NCBI GenBank assembly: GCA_030141605.1 | Contig: JAQGDQ010000776.1 | Location: forward strand, 1 to 64,000 | Reading direction: 5' to 3' | From: Tubiluchus corallicola | Taxonomy: Eukaryota; Animalia; Priapulida | DNA: 64,000 nucleotides | Part shown: positions 15,098 to 53,553 of the stretch, piece after piece | Layout of the letters: every line of letters starts with the position of its first letter | How positions within the stretch are numbered: the first letter of the stretch is position 1 | Position numbers and translations under genes: made by a program | Notes under the pieces: model-generated | What the model saw: the letters and a program-made list of their open reading frames with translations, nothing else | The model's database searches: none | What the model was told of the DNA's origin: nothing

Positions 15098-15189
15098 ATG
15101 CAAATTTTGAAAAATTTTCAGCTAAATGTATTTAATCACCGCGATACTTTTTTTATTTTTTTGAAACTATATTTTAAAATTGTTTTTAC

Positions 15190-16390
15190 GGGAGAAAGTT
15201 TAATGTCTCTTCAGGGATGAAGAAAATTTTCTGTTTGGAAACCTCTATCTTTGAAGTCCAGCGCAAATTAGGGGTATTGAAAAAGTTCGTTATTATACTG
15301 CATTTGAATGCTTTTTATGGCACGCATTGTTGGAGAAGTGTAAGGGTCTATTTCACTGTTCTATTTCAGAATTCCCCATGTCTTTGGAGAATTCTTTACC
15401 TTCAGCGAGAGACTGGTTGATACTCAACCGTCTTAGAAAGAATGACACCAAAACTGAGTTTATAATTTTTGGAAACTAGATTCAATTAGACAAATGATTG
15501 AAAACGTAGACTGTCATAGTTAACCTAACTTGCAATGATCTTATGCAAGTAATTCAATTACATATCTTGGAGTAATTCTTGATCATATTTTAAAAACCAT
15601 GCTAAATCTAAATGCAAAAAAGTAGCATTTAATCTGCGTCGTTTTATCAAGCTAAAAAATTCCTATCTAGTGATACTATGAAATGTTTGCTGTCTGCATT
15701 GGTGTTATCTTATTTTGATTATGCTAATTAATTATTCATTGGGATACCTGACTGCACCATCCAACCTATGCAGCGCCTTCAGAATTTAGCAGCAAAGGTT
15801 AATGTTGGTGCAGGAAAGTACAACAATGCTACTGCTTTACTGCTTCTATATTTTACTTTCACTGGTTACCGCTTAGATTTAGAAGTCTTTATAAATTAAT
15901 AGTTCTCACATACAAAAGTTTACACGAACTCTCTCTCCTTTCTAGTTGTCTGATAGGTTACATAAACGCAACTACTGAACGAGCAAGTAGATCTTCCCAT
16001 AATGAACTTTTGGTACCTCCTTTTAATAGAAAAAACCTTTGGCGACCTTGAGTTCTTCTATTGCACCAAAATATTATAACTCCTTAGCTTAAAACCTCAG
16101 AACTATTTTACGGTGCAACTATTTAAAAACGCCTGAAAACACATCTCAAAATAAAAACTATCATGATTAATTATGAATTTCAAACTGCTGTAAACTACAC
16201 TTATGCCCCATTTTTTACCATAATTTCTGTCGTGAAGACAATTTGTGTGTTTTGTGCAAAATTTTTAATAATTTTATTATTGTTACATTTTTCTATTTGT
16301 GCAATTGTAACCATAGTATTTTACTGCTCTGCACCATTAAAAGCGTTTTTCTTGAATGTGCGCTTTATAAAATACATTTTATTATTATAG
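15190..16390 (+). mobile_element. Decayed L2-type LINE, 3' part of ORF2 plus tail
   Basis: Broken-frame peptides KTEFIIFG, LGVILD, VLSYFDYAN, MQRLQNLAAK, HWLPLRFRSLYKL. Tail GCGCTTTATAAAATACATTTTATTATTA is typical of L2 elements. Confidence 0.75.
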
Positions 16391-17000
16391 TAGAGTACAA
16401 AACTGCTATGCAGATGAAACGCTGGGATAAATATGAAGAAAGTTTATTGAAGATAAGAAAACGTTTCACACAAGTACAGGAAGACAACTAACAAGACAAG
16501 AAAAGAGAATGAGACAAGTCTGTTTACAGTTAATCGCAGTACGTATTATCATAATTTTATGTTAGCGTTCTGCATACAAGAGCTAATTACTGCCTCTGCA
16601 ATAACAGTGCATATAAATCACCTTAAGTTGCTATTTGGCATTTCTAGTGTTTAACCGCTTAAGCACTCTGCTGCCTTCATGCCTCGCTGGGGTTGGCTTC
16701 TCTTACTTTACTAATAATCTTGTAATACCTCACTGCAAAATGCTTTCAATGTTGATCCTGCTACTGAGGATCACTAGAGAGTTCACATTACGCACGTCTT
16801 TAAGCTCGACAGCCAGTAATTAACTCTCTACTCCCGCCTCGCTCTCTTCCTTATAGTCTTGTGACATAAGCAATCTTGTGGCCGTTTTCTGTATAGCCAA
16901 TAGTCAAAATGACAAACTTTACATCTCTACTTCCTTTACTAAATCTTAATACAATTTCCTACTAATAACTCTACTCACACAAATTTGCTAAACAAGTCAA

Positions 17001-17415
17001 TCAAACTCTCTCAGTTTCCACAAAATCTGAAACATGATGACATGTCGTCAGGTCAATCATCGGACCAGTATTGGTATCTTCATGAATGACTTGCATTATT
17101 TCATTAAAGAATGTCATAATGAATATAATGAATATCATTAATGGATATTCTGATTTTAATATTTTAAGTAGCTCTGCAAATAACATTGACGGTCTTGTAA
17201 TGTCCTTAGAGTCTGATACAAAGATTTTTTTGTAAAACGGTCTAAAGAAAATCATATAGTGTCACTGGTGAAGAGTTACAGTTTGAACTTACTTTTGATG
17301 GTTATATTGAGGATTGCAAAAAGGCCGCCAAGCAAATAAATGAAGTAAAAGACTGTCAAAATTTCTTGACAAAAATAGTCGTACGGCCATTTCTCGGTCT
17401 TTTATCTTTGCAGAG
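17001..17415 (-). CDS. Candidate small spliced gene or pseudogene of unknown function, head-to-head with PERK (exons 17415-17293 and 17241-17001)
   Basis: A 51-nt intron GTAAGT...TTTTCTTTAG (17292-17242) joins SAKIKDREMAVRLFLSRNFDSLLLHLFAWRPFCNPQYNHQK in frame to PFYKKIFVSD...ERV*. A further minus-strand donor lies near 17746. No recognisable domain. Confidence 0.35.
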
Positions 17416-17802
17416 CTAAAAATTAATACCCCAAAACTGGGAGAATTTCAGCAAAGAGTACGTAGATTTGTAAGAAATATAATTGTAACTATGAGCAGCT
17501 GTTGTCAAAAGGAAATCTAAAAATATTGAATCTTGGCAGATTTAGGTGCTTAGTAACTGAGATGTACAAATCGCTTAATAATCGAAACCCTATATTTGTT
17601 CAAAAACTTTTTATTCCCAAACACGCTATCTGTGAACTTCTGGGCCTAGAATAAACAAACAGATCAACAATGCATCAGAGAATGAAATAATAACTACAGT
17701 TGCTAGTCTTATGTATTATGTGCATGTATATGTATGTATAACGTACCTTAGGAGGCAAGAATTTAGATTCTTTGGAATATTGATTTAATTTTGTTTTCCG
17801 TT

Positions 17803-17815
17803 CCTAGATGGCAGC
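17803..17815 (+). promoter_or_regulatory. CTCF-like (or YY1-like) motif
   Basis: CCTAGATGGCAGC resembles the TAGATGGCRS CTCF core and lies between the satellite and the PERK start. Confidence 0.35.
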
Positions 17816-17839
17816 GTCAAGATTTTGATTATCATCTGT

Positions 17840-17858
17840 TCCACGTCAGCTAACCAAT
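17840..17858 (-). promoter_or_regulatory. UPRE (TGACGTGGA) plus adjacent CCAAT box upstream of PERK
   Basis: TCCACGTCA at 17840-17848 is the reverse complement of TGACGTGGA. CCAAT is at 17854-17858, about 170 bp upstream of the ATG. Confidence 0.6.
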
Positions 17859-18018
17859 CACAGTGTTTGTTGTCTATAATGATTCATGTCTGTACAGTAG
17901 TTCTGTATTGTGTGAGCAGTATTAATATATTATTATTATTCTCTTTGGTATAATTACTGTTAGGTGGGAGTTTGTTACTAAAACGTCAAATTGCACGAAT
18001 GTTTTGTTCAATATCTTC

Positions 18019-40106
<22,088 letters not shown>

Positions 40107-40499
40107 CTGAAGAGATGGTGTCTATAATGTACAGCATGTATATTTTTATGTGATGATTCTGCATAAAAACCTGTCTTTCATAAGAGTGTCCAAAACACTT
40201 GATACAAGCAAATAGTTTGCTACTAGCAAATGTATAATCTGAGAAACCTAGATAAGCATTTTTGTCAGGTGTATTGTGCAATTGAAAAATTCAATATCAT
40301 ATTCGGGTTTTTACTTTTAACATTGTGCATCGTTCTTAATTTACTGGCGCTAGGGTTGATCATACTTCTTTGTTTGTCATCTTAATTATTTTTCATTTTG
40401 TGCTTAGTGATAATGGCAATACAATTTTATGTTGTAATATTTAGTAGCTGAAATTGTAACTCGTTCAAAGCTTAGGAATCACCAGTACTGGCTAATGTA

Positions 40500-40793
40500 A
40501 ATAAATAGACTAGAAGTCACTAGATTATGATCCTCGCTTGTAGCTTATAAACTATGTTTCCTGATACGTGTAATAAAGAGTAGTGAAATTAAAAATATTG
40601 CATATGTTCTAGTTTATCTTTTTTTTGTTTCGTATGGATGGAGCCAAATTGCTAAGCACACCATTTTGTTTAAGTAAACAAAAATAATGCTTTTGTTTCT
40701 ATTTGTAATAAGTTATGCAATAAAAGTAATTGTCATTCATTTTATATCTCTTTATATTATATCAATACTTAGTGTTAACACTGCAATAATAAA
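40500..40793 (+). terminator. Candidate PERK polyadenylation signals
   Basis: AATAAA at 40500, 40572, 40719 and 40788, downstream of the stop codon. Confidence 0.45.
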
Positions 40794-41314
40794 CTAGTAA
40801 ATGAATTTGAATTTTTTGGCAGCCAGCTTACACACAGATAATTTATTGTACAATATTTGTGATTTAGGTACTAACAATTCAGTCGTCGTAAAAACATTGT
40901 ACTTTTGATGCTTGTTTGAATTATTTTTTAATAAAGAATTGGAGTAAATCGACGATTGTATGAATTTAGACAAGCACAAGTAAGCTTAAAGCAACAAAAA
41001 GAACACTGTTAGTAGCTAACAATCATTACATATAAAGATCTATAGTAAGTACAGCACAAACGTTAATTTACAATGCCATTAGAGTGCCCTGAGGCAAATT
41101 GTTTTTTTAAATTTTAAAAGACAAACAGATATTAATAAATAATGTCGCAGGCAAGCAGTAAGCAGATTATTTTGACAGATTTTTTAAGACTGAAACTGAC
41201 TAGTCCTACTGCTGGGATGATCGGGAAAGCAACATATATAGTAAGATCAGCATAGATTCAAAGTGCCATGAATAGAGTTAAGGTTCATTATTACATATGT
41301 TTGTTGTTGTTAGT

Positions 41315-41633
41315 TGTAATGGCACGTGAAGGGTGTATAGCGGGATGCATAAACGAAGTGTGGACGAGCATCAGTGGGGTAAATACGAATGGAGTTTATT
41401 GAAGTTTACATAACATCTCAGTTTATAAATTCAACGATAACGCAGCATATGTGAATTCACATAAGTGAGTAATAAGCCTTAGCATACAAGTTACGTATCT
41501 ATAATATCTAAACTAGGTGGATATGAGATAAAACTCAGAACAGTAGGTTGCTTGCTGACATGCTTTTTACTAACTAGATGACGTCATCGTCATGTGACAG
41601 TAAACTGACGATACTACTTTTCCTCCCACCCTT
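41315..41633 (-). mobile_element. Probable 3' LTR plus PPT of a truncated minus-strand LTR element
   Basis: Minus strand: purine tract AAGGGTGGGAGGAAA, then GTAGTATCG...AATAAA...CATTACA. Confidence 0.4.
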
Positions 41634-41817
41634 GATGAAAACTTTTCCATCACTCTATGAAATGAACTGTTCATCTTACCCAGATTCTAAATGCACAATG
41701 TTTCATAAGGATTTTGCAAACAATCTTAACTGCTTCAATCTTCAAACAAGCATTTACTTAAATATGTACTTTCTGGAAGATATTTAGCCACATGCATTCA
41801 CCAAAAGTGCTAAGAAA

Positions 41818-41897
41818 TGTATGTATTTATCCATTTATGATATCTGGTGAATAAATTATGTTTATCAGCAATGGCTGCTTGTGCGTAGTTCACAATA
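41818..41897 (+). repeat. 5' LTR
   Basis: Direct repeat of 46413-46493 with about 3 differences. Confidence 0.9.
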
Positions 41898-41958
41898 AAA
41901 TGTAGCGACTCTTGATGGGATAGTAATCGCTGTGTGAAGATTTTTAGTGAAAATTTAG

Positions 41959-44900
41959 ATGGCGAATGCACAGATAATTGGGTCCGTCAGCGAGTTTAAT
42001 TCCAGTACGGAAGATCGGTGTAATTACCAGTAACGGTTAGAAGCGTGGATGAGAGTGAATAATATTAATGACCAACAGAAGGTAGATGTTTTCTTGTCAT
42101 TAATTGGTCCGGAAGCGTTTAGCTTAGTGTCCTCTCTTGTAACGCCAGAACGGTGAATAAAAAACCTTATGTGGAACTGACAAATAAATTATCGGATTAT
42201 TATAAACCACGCCGTAATAAGATAGCCGAGAGACTAACTAGGTGAATCCATTGCGGAATATATTGTAGAGCTACAGAAATGCAGTAAATATTGCGAATTT
42301 TCAGCTCAAGAGCTGTCTGACAACTTGCGTGACACTTTTGTGTGTGGGCTTCGTACTGGATTCATACAAAAGAAATTATTGGAAAGCTCTGATTTAACGT
42401 GGAACACAGCTCGGGAGATAGCATTAAATATGGAGGCAGCTACACGAGATACAAGTACACTTTCTGGCAGCGGATATGGTTCATCCGAGGTAAACTACAC
42501 TGGAAGAGGTAAAAATTTGAGAAAGAAATTGGTAAAACCTAGTTACCCGATGACTGTAAATAAACCGCATGTTTCAAGTAAATGTGGTCGGTGTTTGGGT
42601 GCGCATGAGGCATGGAGATGTCAGTTTAGGAACGCCAAATGTTATAAATGTTCAAAAATTGGTCATATCGCAAAGGGATGTAGAAGTGGACGTGGACTAC
42701 CGGGAAATACCAATAGTGTTAATCCAGACAGTGATTGTGCTGACGTGGTTCAAATTAGTTCCTTGTATAATCTTGGTACAGCAAAAAGTGCTACTACAAA
42801 TGAGTACCAAGTGAGTGTCATTGTGAACAGGAAGCGAGTTTTGTTTACAGTAGATACTGGAGCTATGGTATCAGTTGTATCAGAAACTGAGTATCAGGAA
42901 AAATGTTCTATTCTGCCTTTGCAACACACTGATTTAAAACTTCGTAGTTACTGTGGTAATGAAGTACCGGTGTTAGGTCAAATACATGTTAGCGTGTGCT
43001 ATGCAGGTCAGCAAGTGACCCTTCCACTTGTGGTTCAAGGTGATCGTGTTCCGTTATTGGGACGAAACTGGTTGAAGCATCTTAAGCTAAATTGGTCTGA
43101 AATTTTCAACGTATATAAGCCTACATGTGGTGCCACAGCTGATAGTGTGATGGAAGTCACACTGACACAAGTCAGTTTTTCAGTCATGTAGTAAACCGAT
43201 TGAAAGCTACAAAGCACACATTGAGCTTAAACAAGGTGCAAGACCTATATTTTGGAGATAGCGACCAGTACCCTATGCTCTTAAGGATGCTGTGGATGAG
43301 GAGTTAACCCGGTTAGAAAACAATGGTATTATAAAGAAAGTGGAAAATAGAAATGGGCTGCTCCAATAGTGGTTGTCCCCAAAAAGAAAACTGGGAAGGT
43401 CAGGATTTGTGGTGATTATAAGGTCACAGTAAATCAAGTAGTGGAAGACGAACCGCATGATTTTCCGACAACAGCTGATATGTTTGCGACCCTATCAGGT
43501 GGTAAAATTTTTACCAAGTTGGATTTAACAAATGCATATCAACAGCTAGAACTAGACGAAGAGTCTAAAGAATTACTGACTGTGAACACTCATCGAGGCC
43601 TTTACCAGTATCAACATCTTGCTTTTGGTGTGGAAACTGCGCCAGCAATTTTCCAGAAAATGATGGATAAAATTTTGTGTGGTGTTGAGCATACATGTTG
43701 TAAAATAGATGATATTTTAATTAGTGCACGTGATGATAATGTGCTTACTAGATTAGCTAACCATAATATACATCTAGGCAGAGATAAATGTTATGTAGGT
43801 GTTCAAAGTGTTGAATTTTTAGGTCATATGATTGAGCCAGCTGGAGTTAGACCTACCGAAGAAAAGGTAGAAGCCATTCTTAAAGCTAAAACTCCCAGAA
43901 ATGTTTCTGAGCTTAGATCATTCTTAGGTATTGTAAATTACTACTCACATTTCTTGCCTGATTTATAAACTACCTTTGCTTCTTTGTACCAGTTGTTGCA
44001 AAAAGGTGTTCCACGGAAATGGTCATCAGAGTGTGACAGTGCACAATGTAAAGTTAAACAGTGCTTAACTAGTGATTCATTGTTAGTGCACTATGATTTA
44101 AAGAAGCCACTCACCTTGGCATGTGATGCTTCACCATTTGGTGTTGGTTGTGTCATATAGCACATCATGGAAAATGGCGAAGAACGTCCGATTGCTTATG
44201 CGTCTAGAACTTTGACAGCTGCAGAGAAGGGTTACAGTCAGATTGAAAAGGAGGCACTTGACATAGTGTATGGTGTTCAAAAGTTTCACAAATATTTGTA
44301 TGGGCAGCATTTTACATTGCATACCGATCATAAGCCTTTGACTGCCATCTTTGGGCCAAAAACAGCTGTGCCTACTCTTGCTACGTTAAGACTACAGCGT
44401 TGGTCTTTAATTCTTATGGGCTATGAATATGACATCCGTTACAGGAAGTCAAGTGACCATGAAAATGCTGATACATTGTCTAGGTTTCCATTATCTGGTT
44501 GTACTTTAGCAACTGAGTTGGATGTTAATTATTTTTCTTATGTAAATGATTTGCCAGTTACAGCAAAGAGTATCAGTGAAGAATCTCGTAAAGATCCTAT
44601 TTTGTCTAGAGTATGGTATCATGTCATGAACGGTTGGCCTGCTCAGGTAGATCAAAATAGTCCTTTAATGCCTTATTTTCTTAGATGCCATGAGTTGTCT
44701 AATGACAATGGTTGTCTTCTTTGGGGGCTACGTGTCATTATACCACCCCGTTTCCAGTCTCAACTACTTGACGAATTGCACCGTGAGCATTTTGAAATGG
44801 TGCATATGAAAGCTTTAGCTCGTTCTTATTTTTGTTATCCTGGCTTAGATGCTGATATCGAAAATTTAGTAAAAGGCTGTAGTGTATGCCTTAGTGTTAG

Positions 44901-45846
44901 AAATAATCCAGTGCGTGCACCAGTAATTCCTTGGAAATTTCCGTCTAAAGTGTGGGAGAGAGTGCACATTGATTTCTTTGAGATTGATGGGAAGCATTTC
45001 CTTATCTTGGTTGATGCCTATTCTAAATGGTTAGAGATACAGTATATGCCATCTACAACTTCTACAAGAACAATCGAAGTACTTGGTACTTGGTTTGCTT
45101 CTTTTGGGCTACCTGTTGAGTTAGTATCTGACAATGGGCCTCAACTGGTATCTGAACAGTTTGAGAACTTCTTGAGATCAAATGGTGTAAAACATGGTGC
45201 TGCTGAGTGTAATGTTCAAACTGCAAAATTAGCTTTAACTAAATACATGATGGAAGCTAAGAATATACCTTACATGACTATTTGTAAAATGCTGAATAAC
45301 TTTTTACTTACTTATAGGAATACTCCACATAGTACAACTGGACGTAGTCCAGCAGAACTTATGTTGCAGAGAATGCCTAGAATTAGATTTAGTATGTTAA
45401 AACCAGGTTTAAGAGAGGAAGTGGTTAGTAAGCAGGAGAAAACAGTTGATCATGATAAAACTGTTTGTGAATTCTCTGTAGGTGAGACAGTTAGGGTGAG
45501 GAATCACCGTGGAGGTGTGCTTAAGTGGGACATTGGCAAAGTTGTAAAGAGAATTGGTGTTGTTAGGTACAGAGTTAAGATTGGTTATCAGGTTAAGCAT
45601 GTACATGTAAATCATATGCTGAAAAGTGGAGAATTTGTTAATGATGATGATTGTGTAAAATTGGATGGGTCTACAGATGATGTGATCAGAATTCCAGTTA
45701 GTCAGCCTGTGGCTGAATCTGAAACATTGCCTGTAAAAGATTCAAGTTCCATTGCTGAATCAGTTAAAAATTATGATGGTGATTTACCGACTGTAGACAA
45801 ACCTTCAATTTTTGAAAAAAAATCATCCAGTAACTGTATTGCTTAA
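41959..45846 (+). pseudogene. Disrupted gag-pol polyprotein
   Basis: Gag with tandem CX2CX3HX4C / CX2CX4HX4C knuckles, protease VDTGA, RT (RICGDYK, KLDLTNAYQQ, KIDDILI), RNase H (YSQIEKEAL, TDHKPL), integrase (HHCC, HIDF, SDNGPQ). Multiple stops and frameshifts; deletion before the catalytic E region. Confidence 0.93.
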
Positions 45847-46412
45847 ACCACCCATAGAACCTGTTAGTCGATCCAGTAGAATCTGGAAGGCTCCTGATAG
45901 CTTGATTGAGTCTGTGTGATTTGTTTGCAAATTGGTACCTTAATTGAAATAATCTAGTACTGATTTTGAATTTCTGTATTACTGCACATACAAATTGGTG
46001 TTTGTATTTTCACTGGCTAATTGTCATTATAGCTTATAATAGTTATTCTGATTGAAGATTTCTTTTGGTATACTATACCTAATTAGAGTTATATTACACG
46101 TACTTAGGTCTACTTGTTGCTTACGTATTTTAGTTGTCGCAATTCATTATAGTTATGTTCAATTATTTTGATAATTCAGTACATGTTACTCTGGCTGTTT
46201 GATGGGTTTCCCCAAATTACTTAACTGCGTAAATTTAAATGGTTTGAGAGAGAATCAAACAAGTTAAATAATACCTAATTCTGTGTAAGTTCACAGTGGT
46301 GTATTCATTATGCATTGAAGTTGCATTGCACATTTCAAAAACCATCTTTTGTTGATTTTTCCTAAATGTGTTAAGTTTATTTTGAAGCTAGTTTATATCT
46401 AGAGGGGAGGAT

Positions 46413-46493
46413 TGTTATGTATTTATCCATTTGTGATGTCTGGTGAATAAATTATGTTTATCAGCAATGGCTGCTTGTGCGTAGTTCACAATA
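46413..46493 (+). repeat. 3' LTR
   Basis: TGTTATG...CACAATA immediately after the PPT. Confidence 0.9.
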
Positions 46494-46627
46494 GTATGTA
46501 TGTATGTATGTATGTTGTATGTATGTATGTATGTATGTATGTATGTATGTATGTATGTATGTATGTATGCATGCATGCATGTGTGTAATGTATGTATGTC
46601 TGTCTGTTGGTCTGTCTGTCTGTCTGT
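46494..46627. repeat. (TATG)n / (TGTC)n microsatellite
   Basis: Directly visible tetranucleotide runs. Confidence 0.95.
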
Positions 46628-47326
46628 TTATATCTGACCGTTTGCGTTGAAATGATTTTTTGTGCTTGTGAAAGTTGAGAGTTGCTTCCGTCAAGACATA
46701 CAGTAGACTAAGTTAATTTGCAATCGAATATGACTGTTTATTTTACAATACATTGTAAAGTCTTTCTTGTTCTTTACTTTACAAATTAAAAATACCAACA
46801 AATTGTTAACATAATTTTAACAATTCTACATAATTAAAGTAAACAAAATAAATAACTTAACTTGTGAGGTGTGTGCTGTACTTTGTATAACAATTAAGAT
46901 TACTTACAATAATTATTAGTATACGTTCTTATTGTAGTAACTGCTCTGTTTAACAATAATACGACGTACTTTAGCAATTACTTACTATTATTGGTATTCT
47001 TTATTGCTAAAATGTTACATACAATGTAAACGTGAAATTAAAATTATATTTACATTAAAATTTGTATGTAACCAGTTTAGAAAAAGCAAACGTGTCATTA
47101 TTATAGGCCTACACAACCAAACTAATATACATGTAAAAACTAAATTATATACAAATATTTAGAAAATTATAAAATTTATGCAAAGTTCACTATGCAAAAA
47201 CATTAAGAGCTAAATTAAATATATATAAACATGATTACAAGCAGTTGAAAAATTTTGGAACATCGAATATTGCTCTTTGTTTTTTGTAAATATCAGTTAC
47301 TACAGTAACCGTTAATTGTAGGATCG

Positions 47327-47712
47327 TTACGACGTCACTCATTGCCATTATTACGTCACCTAATGCCATAGCTACGTCACTCAATACTATTACTACGTCA
47401 CTCATTGCCATTAATACGTCACTCATTGTCATTATTACGTCACTCATTGTCATTACTACGTCACTCAATACCATTACTACGTCACTCATTGCCATTGCTA
47501 CGTCACTCTATACCATTATTACTTCACTCAATGCCATTACTACGTCACTCAATACCATTACTACGTCACTCAATGACATTACTACATCACTCTTTTCCAT
47601 TGCTACGTCACCCAATGCGATTATTACGTCACCCAATGCCATTGCTACGTCACTCAATACCGTTATTGCGTCACTTAATGCCATTATTATGTCACTCATT
47701 ATTACGTCACTC
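47327..47712. repeat. 21-bp minisatellite (~18 copies) carrying TACGTCAC
   Basis: Consensus ACTCATTGCCATTATTACGTC. Confidence 0.95.
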
Positions 47713-48150
47713 GTAACTCAGTTTTTATGCTTTTCAAAATTCTAATAACAATATTATGACAAAATAATTAATAACATTTTTATTAGCCTTATGCAGAAGT
47801 AGGTAAAAAATATTTTTGGGGAGTATATGCAATAAACTCACACACACACACACACACACATCAGACTTTTAAAAAATATTTTTACAACTGTCGTCACACG
47901 AAATGGTGCAGTAAATGATAATTTGTCATTTGACTGAACATTATAACTTTAACGTACTCGTGTTTTTTTTCGTTTCTTATCATACTGCAAGACTTGGAAA
48001 AAATGGGTAAGAATTTTCTTAATTATATATATATGATCTCTAGGTAATTGATGATACTGATGAGGTACCTCAAGCCAAAACAAATTGTTAAAATCTTAAA
48101 GTCTGAAATTGGTATGTATGCATTACTGTATTCAACAATGATACTTTGAT

Positions 48151-51544
<3,394 letters not shown>

Positions 51545-52759
51545 TTATTAAATCTAGTGGCTACCATACACTGTTGCTACCACAATTGAAGTACAAGCAT
51601 AAATGTCAGTGATAAGCAGCTTTCGCTTTGAAATGAAAGTTTTAGACGGCCTCAACTTTGCTGCAGTTTGTTAGGTTTCAGCTCTGAAATGTATTGCACA
51701 GCGACCAGCAACGGTAACGCGGACAGCGATCCCAACATTAAAACTCGGAGCTTAGTGCTGTAATTAGCACCACCCACCATGCCGCTGGCAAAAGTTGCTT
51801 TTACGACCGCTGATCTAAATGCGTCATGCATGGCCTGTAATTGGACATAAATTTTCCTCATCTGAGTTGGACATATTTTCCGCATCTTCCCTCATCATAT
51901 GTTATTTTTCATCTTCTTTATATAAGCAAGAGCGTACAATGAAGCGGCGTAACTAAGACGGGAGAGGGGCGATCCGCCCCGAGCGGCACTTCCCAGAAGG
52001 TGGCATTTTGACCAAGAAAAATAAAAAAGTTGATTCTGTCAGAACAGTGGAACAGCAAAACACATGACAATTTTATTTTCCACGAAAGTGCTGCTTACAG
52101 GGATAGCGAACATGATAAAATTATTGGTAAATTAACTTTTACTATTGTTATTAGTAAAAATTATTCAGTAATTTTTGAATATATCCATCAAAATCAAAAT
52201 TAAAATATCTTTGTTTAGCATAATTACTTGTGGATATGTTAAAGTAATTATTAGACATGCGTTAAACATATCCACAAGTAATTATACCAATCAAAGATTG
52301 TTTTGAAGTAATCACAAAAACCTTTATTTTAAATTCAACAAGGTTTATGAAAGTAAAAGACGTGGCGATTTCTTCGCTTCCTATGAACAGACTAAAAACG
52401 TGCTTAATTCTGATTGGCTGACCTACTAAATGCATATAATGAAGCCAAGTTTTACAGGCAATTTTAAATAAGTACAACCTTAGATTAAAGGGCAGGCAGA
52501 GAGAAATCTTCCGAACAAAGACATTTTAAATCACATTTTGATTTGCGACTCTTTACGACACTAATCTCCACATTATCTTTGGAATATTTTGACGAAAATA
52601 ATCGTTTATTCTACTTCATTCAACTGTTACGATGTTCAAAATTTCCCGATAAACATACCGACGTTTTAGAAGTCACTCCAGAATGGTCCTCAACTACCGT
52701 TATAACACTCTTTTTACAATACTATTTGGAGAAGCCTTTGAACATCATAACTATCCATC

Positions 52760-53553
52760 ATGAACTTATTAAGGATAAAATAATACCTGGCTGGAACGAA
52801 TTCGTTTCAGAAAAACACAGGCACTTTCGTCAATGTTTTTTAAATTGGTGTGCGGATGGCCAGCCTCTGAATGGGTTTATCGCTAATAAAATGCGCCTGG
52901 CACGTTCAAGCGTTGCGTGAATGCAAGATCCAAGATAAAACAATTGTCGCTGATAAAATTGCGTATAAGCTTATGAGCTGTAATTCTTATGAATTTTGGG
53001 CCATGATAAAAAGAGAAGCTAATACAAAAATCCCTCTGCCTCCTAAAATAGATGAAGTTTCATGCGACAAGGCTACATATAGGAGAAGCACCACAAAGAG
53101 ATTTTAAATTCTGTAAATAACGGTGATCTTGCGGCAAAACTAGATGTGAAGTTAAGTAGCAGCATGGGTGCGTTGAGTTCTTTCACTATGGGAGAAGTGC
53201 AAGAGGCCATTTCAAAACAAACTCTGCACGAATTGGCTCAAAATGATTCAATTAAATCGGAGCATTTTAGCTTTTAGGTATGCTTCACATATGCTGCCAA
53301 CAGTATTATCGCTTTTATATAGCGCTTGTATCACACATTGTTTTTTGCCTAATTCTCAAATGCTGTATGTCATAATACCGACTGTGAAAGACAAAAATAA
53401 GGAAATTACAGCCAAGAATAATCACAGGCCAATAGCACTATCCAGTGTCGAGTCGAGCAAACTACTATAAATTTTGTTTTTAAACAGATACAGTAATTCA
53501 ACTCACCAAGTCAGTTTGGTTACGTGGATGAACTGGGTACCGAAATGTGTTTG
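52760..53553 (+). mobile_element. Non-LTR retrotransposon ORF2 fragment (pre-RT to RT start), clade uncertain
   Basis: IPGWNEFV...CFLNW, EFWAMIK, IIPTVKDKNK...NHRPIALSSV, QFG...GTEMC. Frameshifted and cut off by the LTR at 53554. Confidence 0.75.

Larger units (their letters stand above)
41818..46493 (+). mobile_element. Full-length but decayed Ty3/Gypsy LTR retrotransposon (Mag-like)
   Basis: Near-identical ~80-bp LTRs at 41818-41897 and 46413-46493, PPT AGAGGGGAGGA at 46401-46411, and gag-PR-RT-RNaseH-IN order. Confidence 0.95.

Noticed and set aside
47235-47716. Heptad-repeat ORFs (SDVVMAL / LLRHSIP)
   Set aside because: By-product of a 21-bp period; no splice or start context supports coding.
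51941-52010. GC-rich hairpin patches here and at ~20640, ~31790, ~32320-32570, ~62700
   Set aside because: They resemble eroded MITE termini, but paired TIRs and TSDs could not be established.
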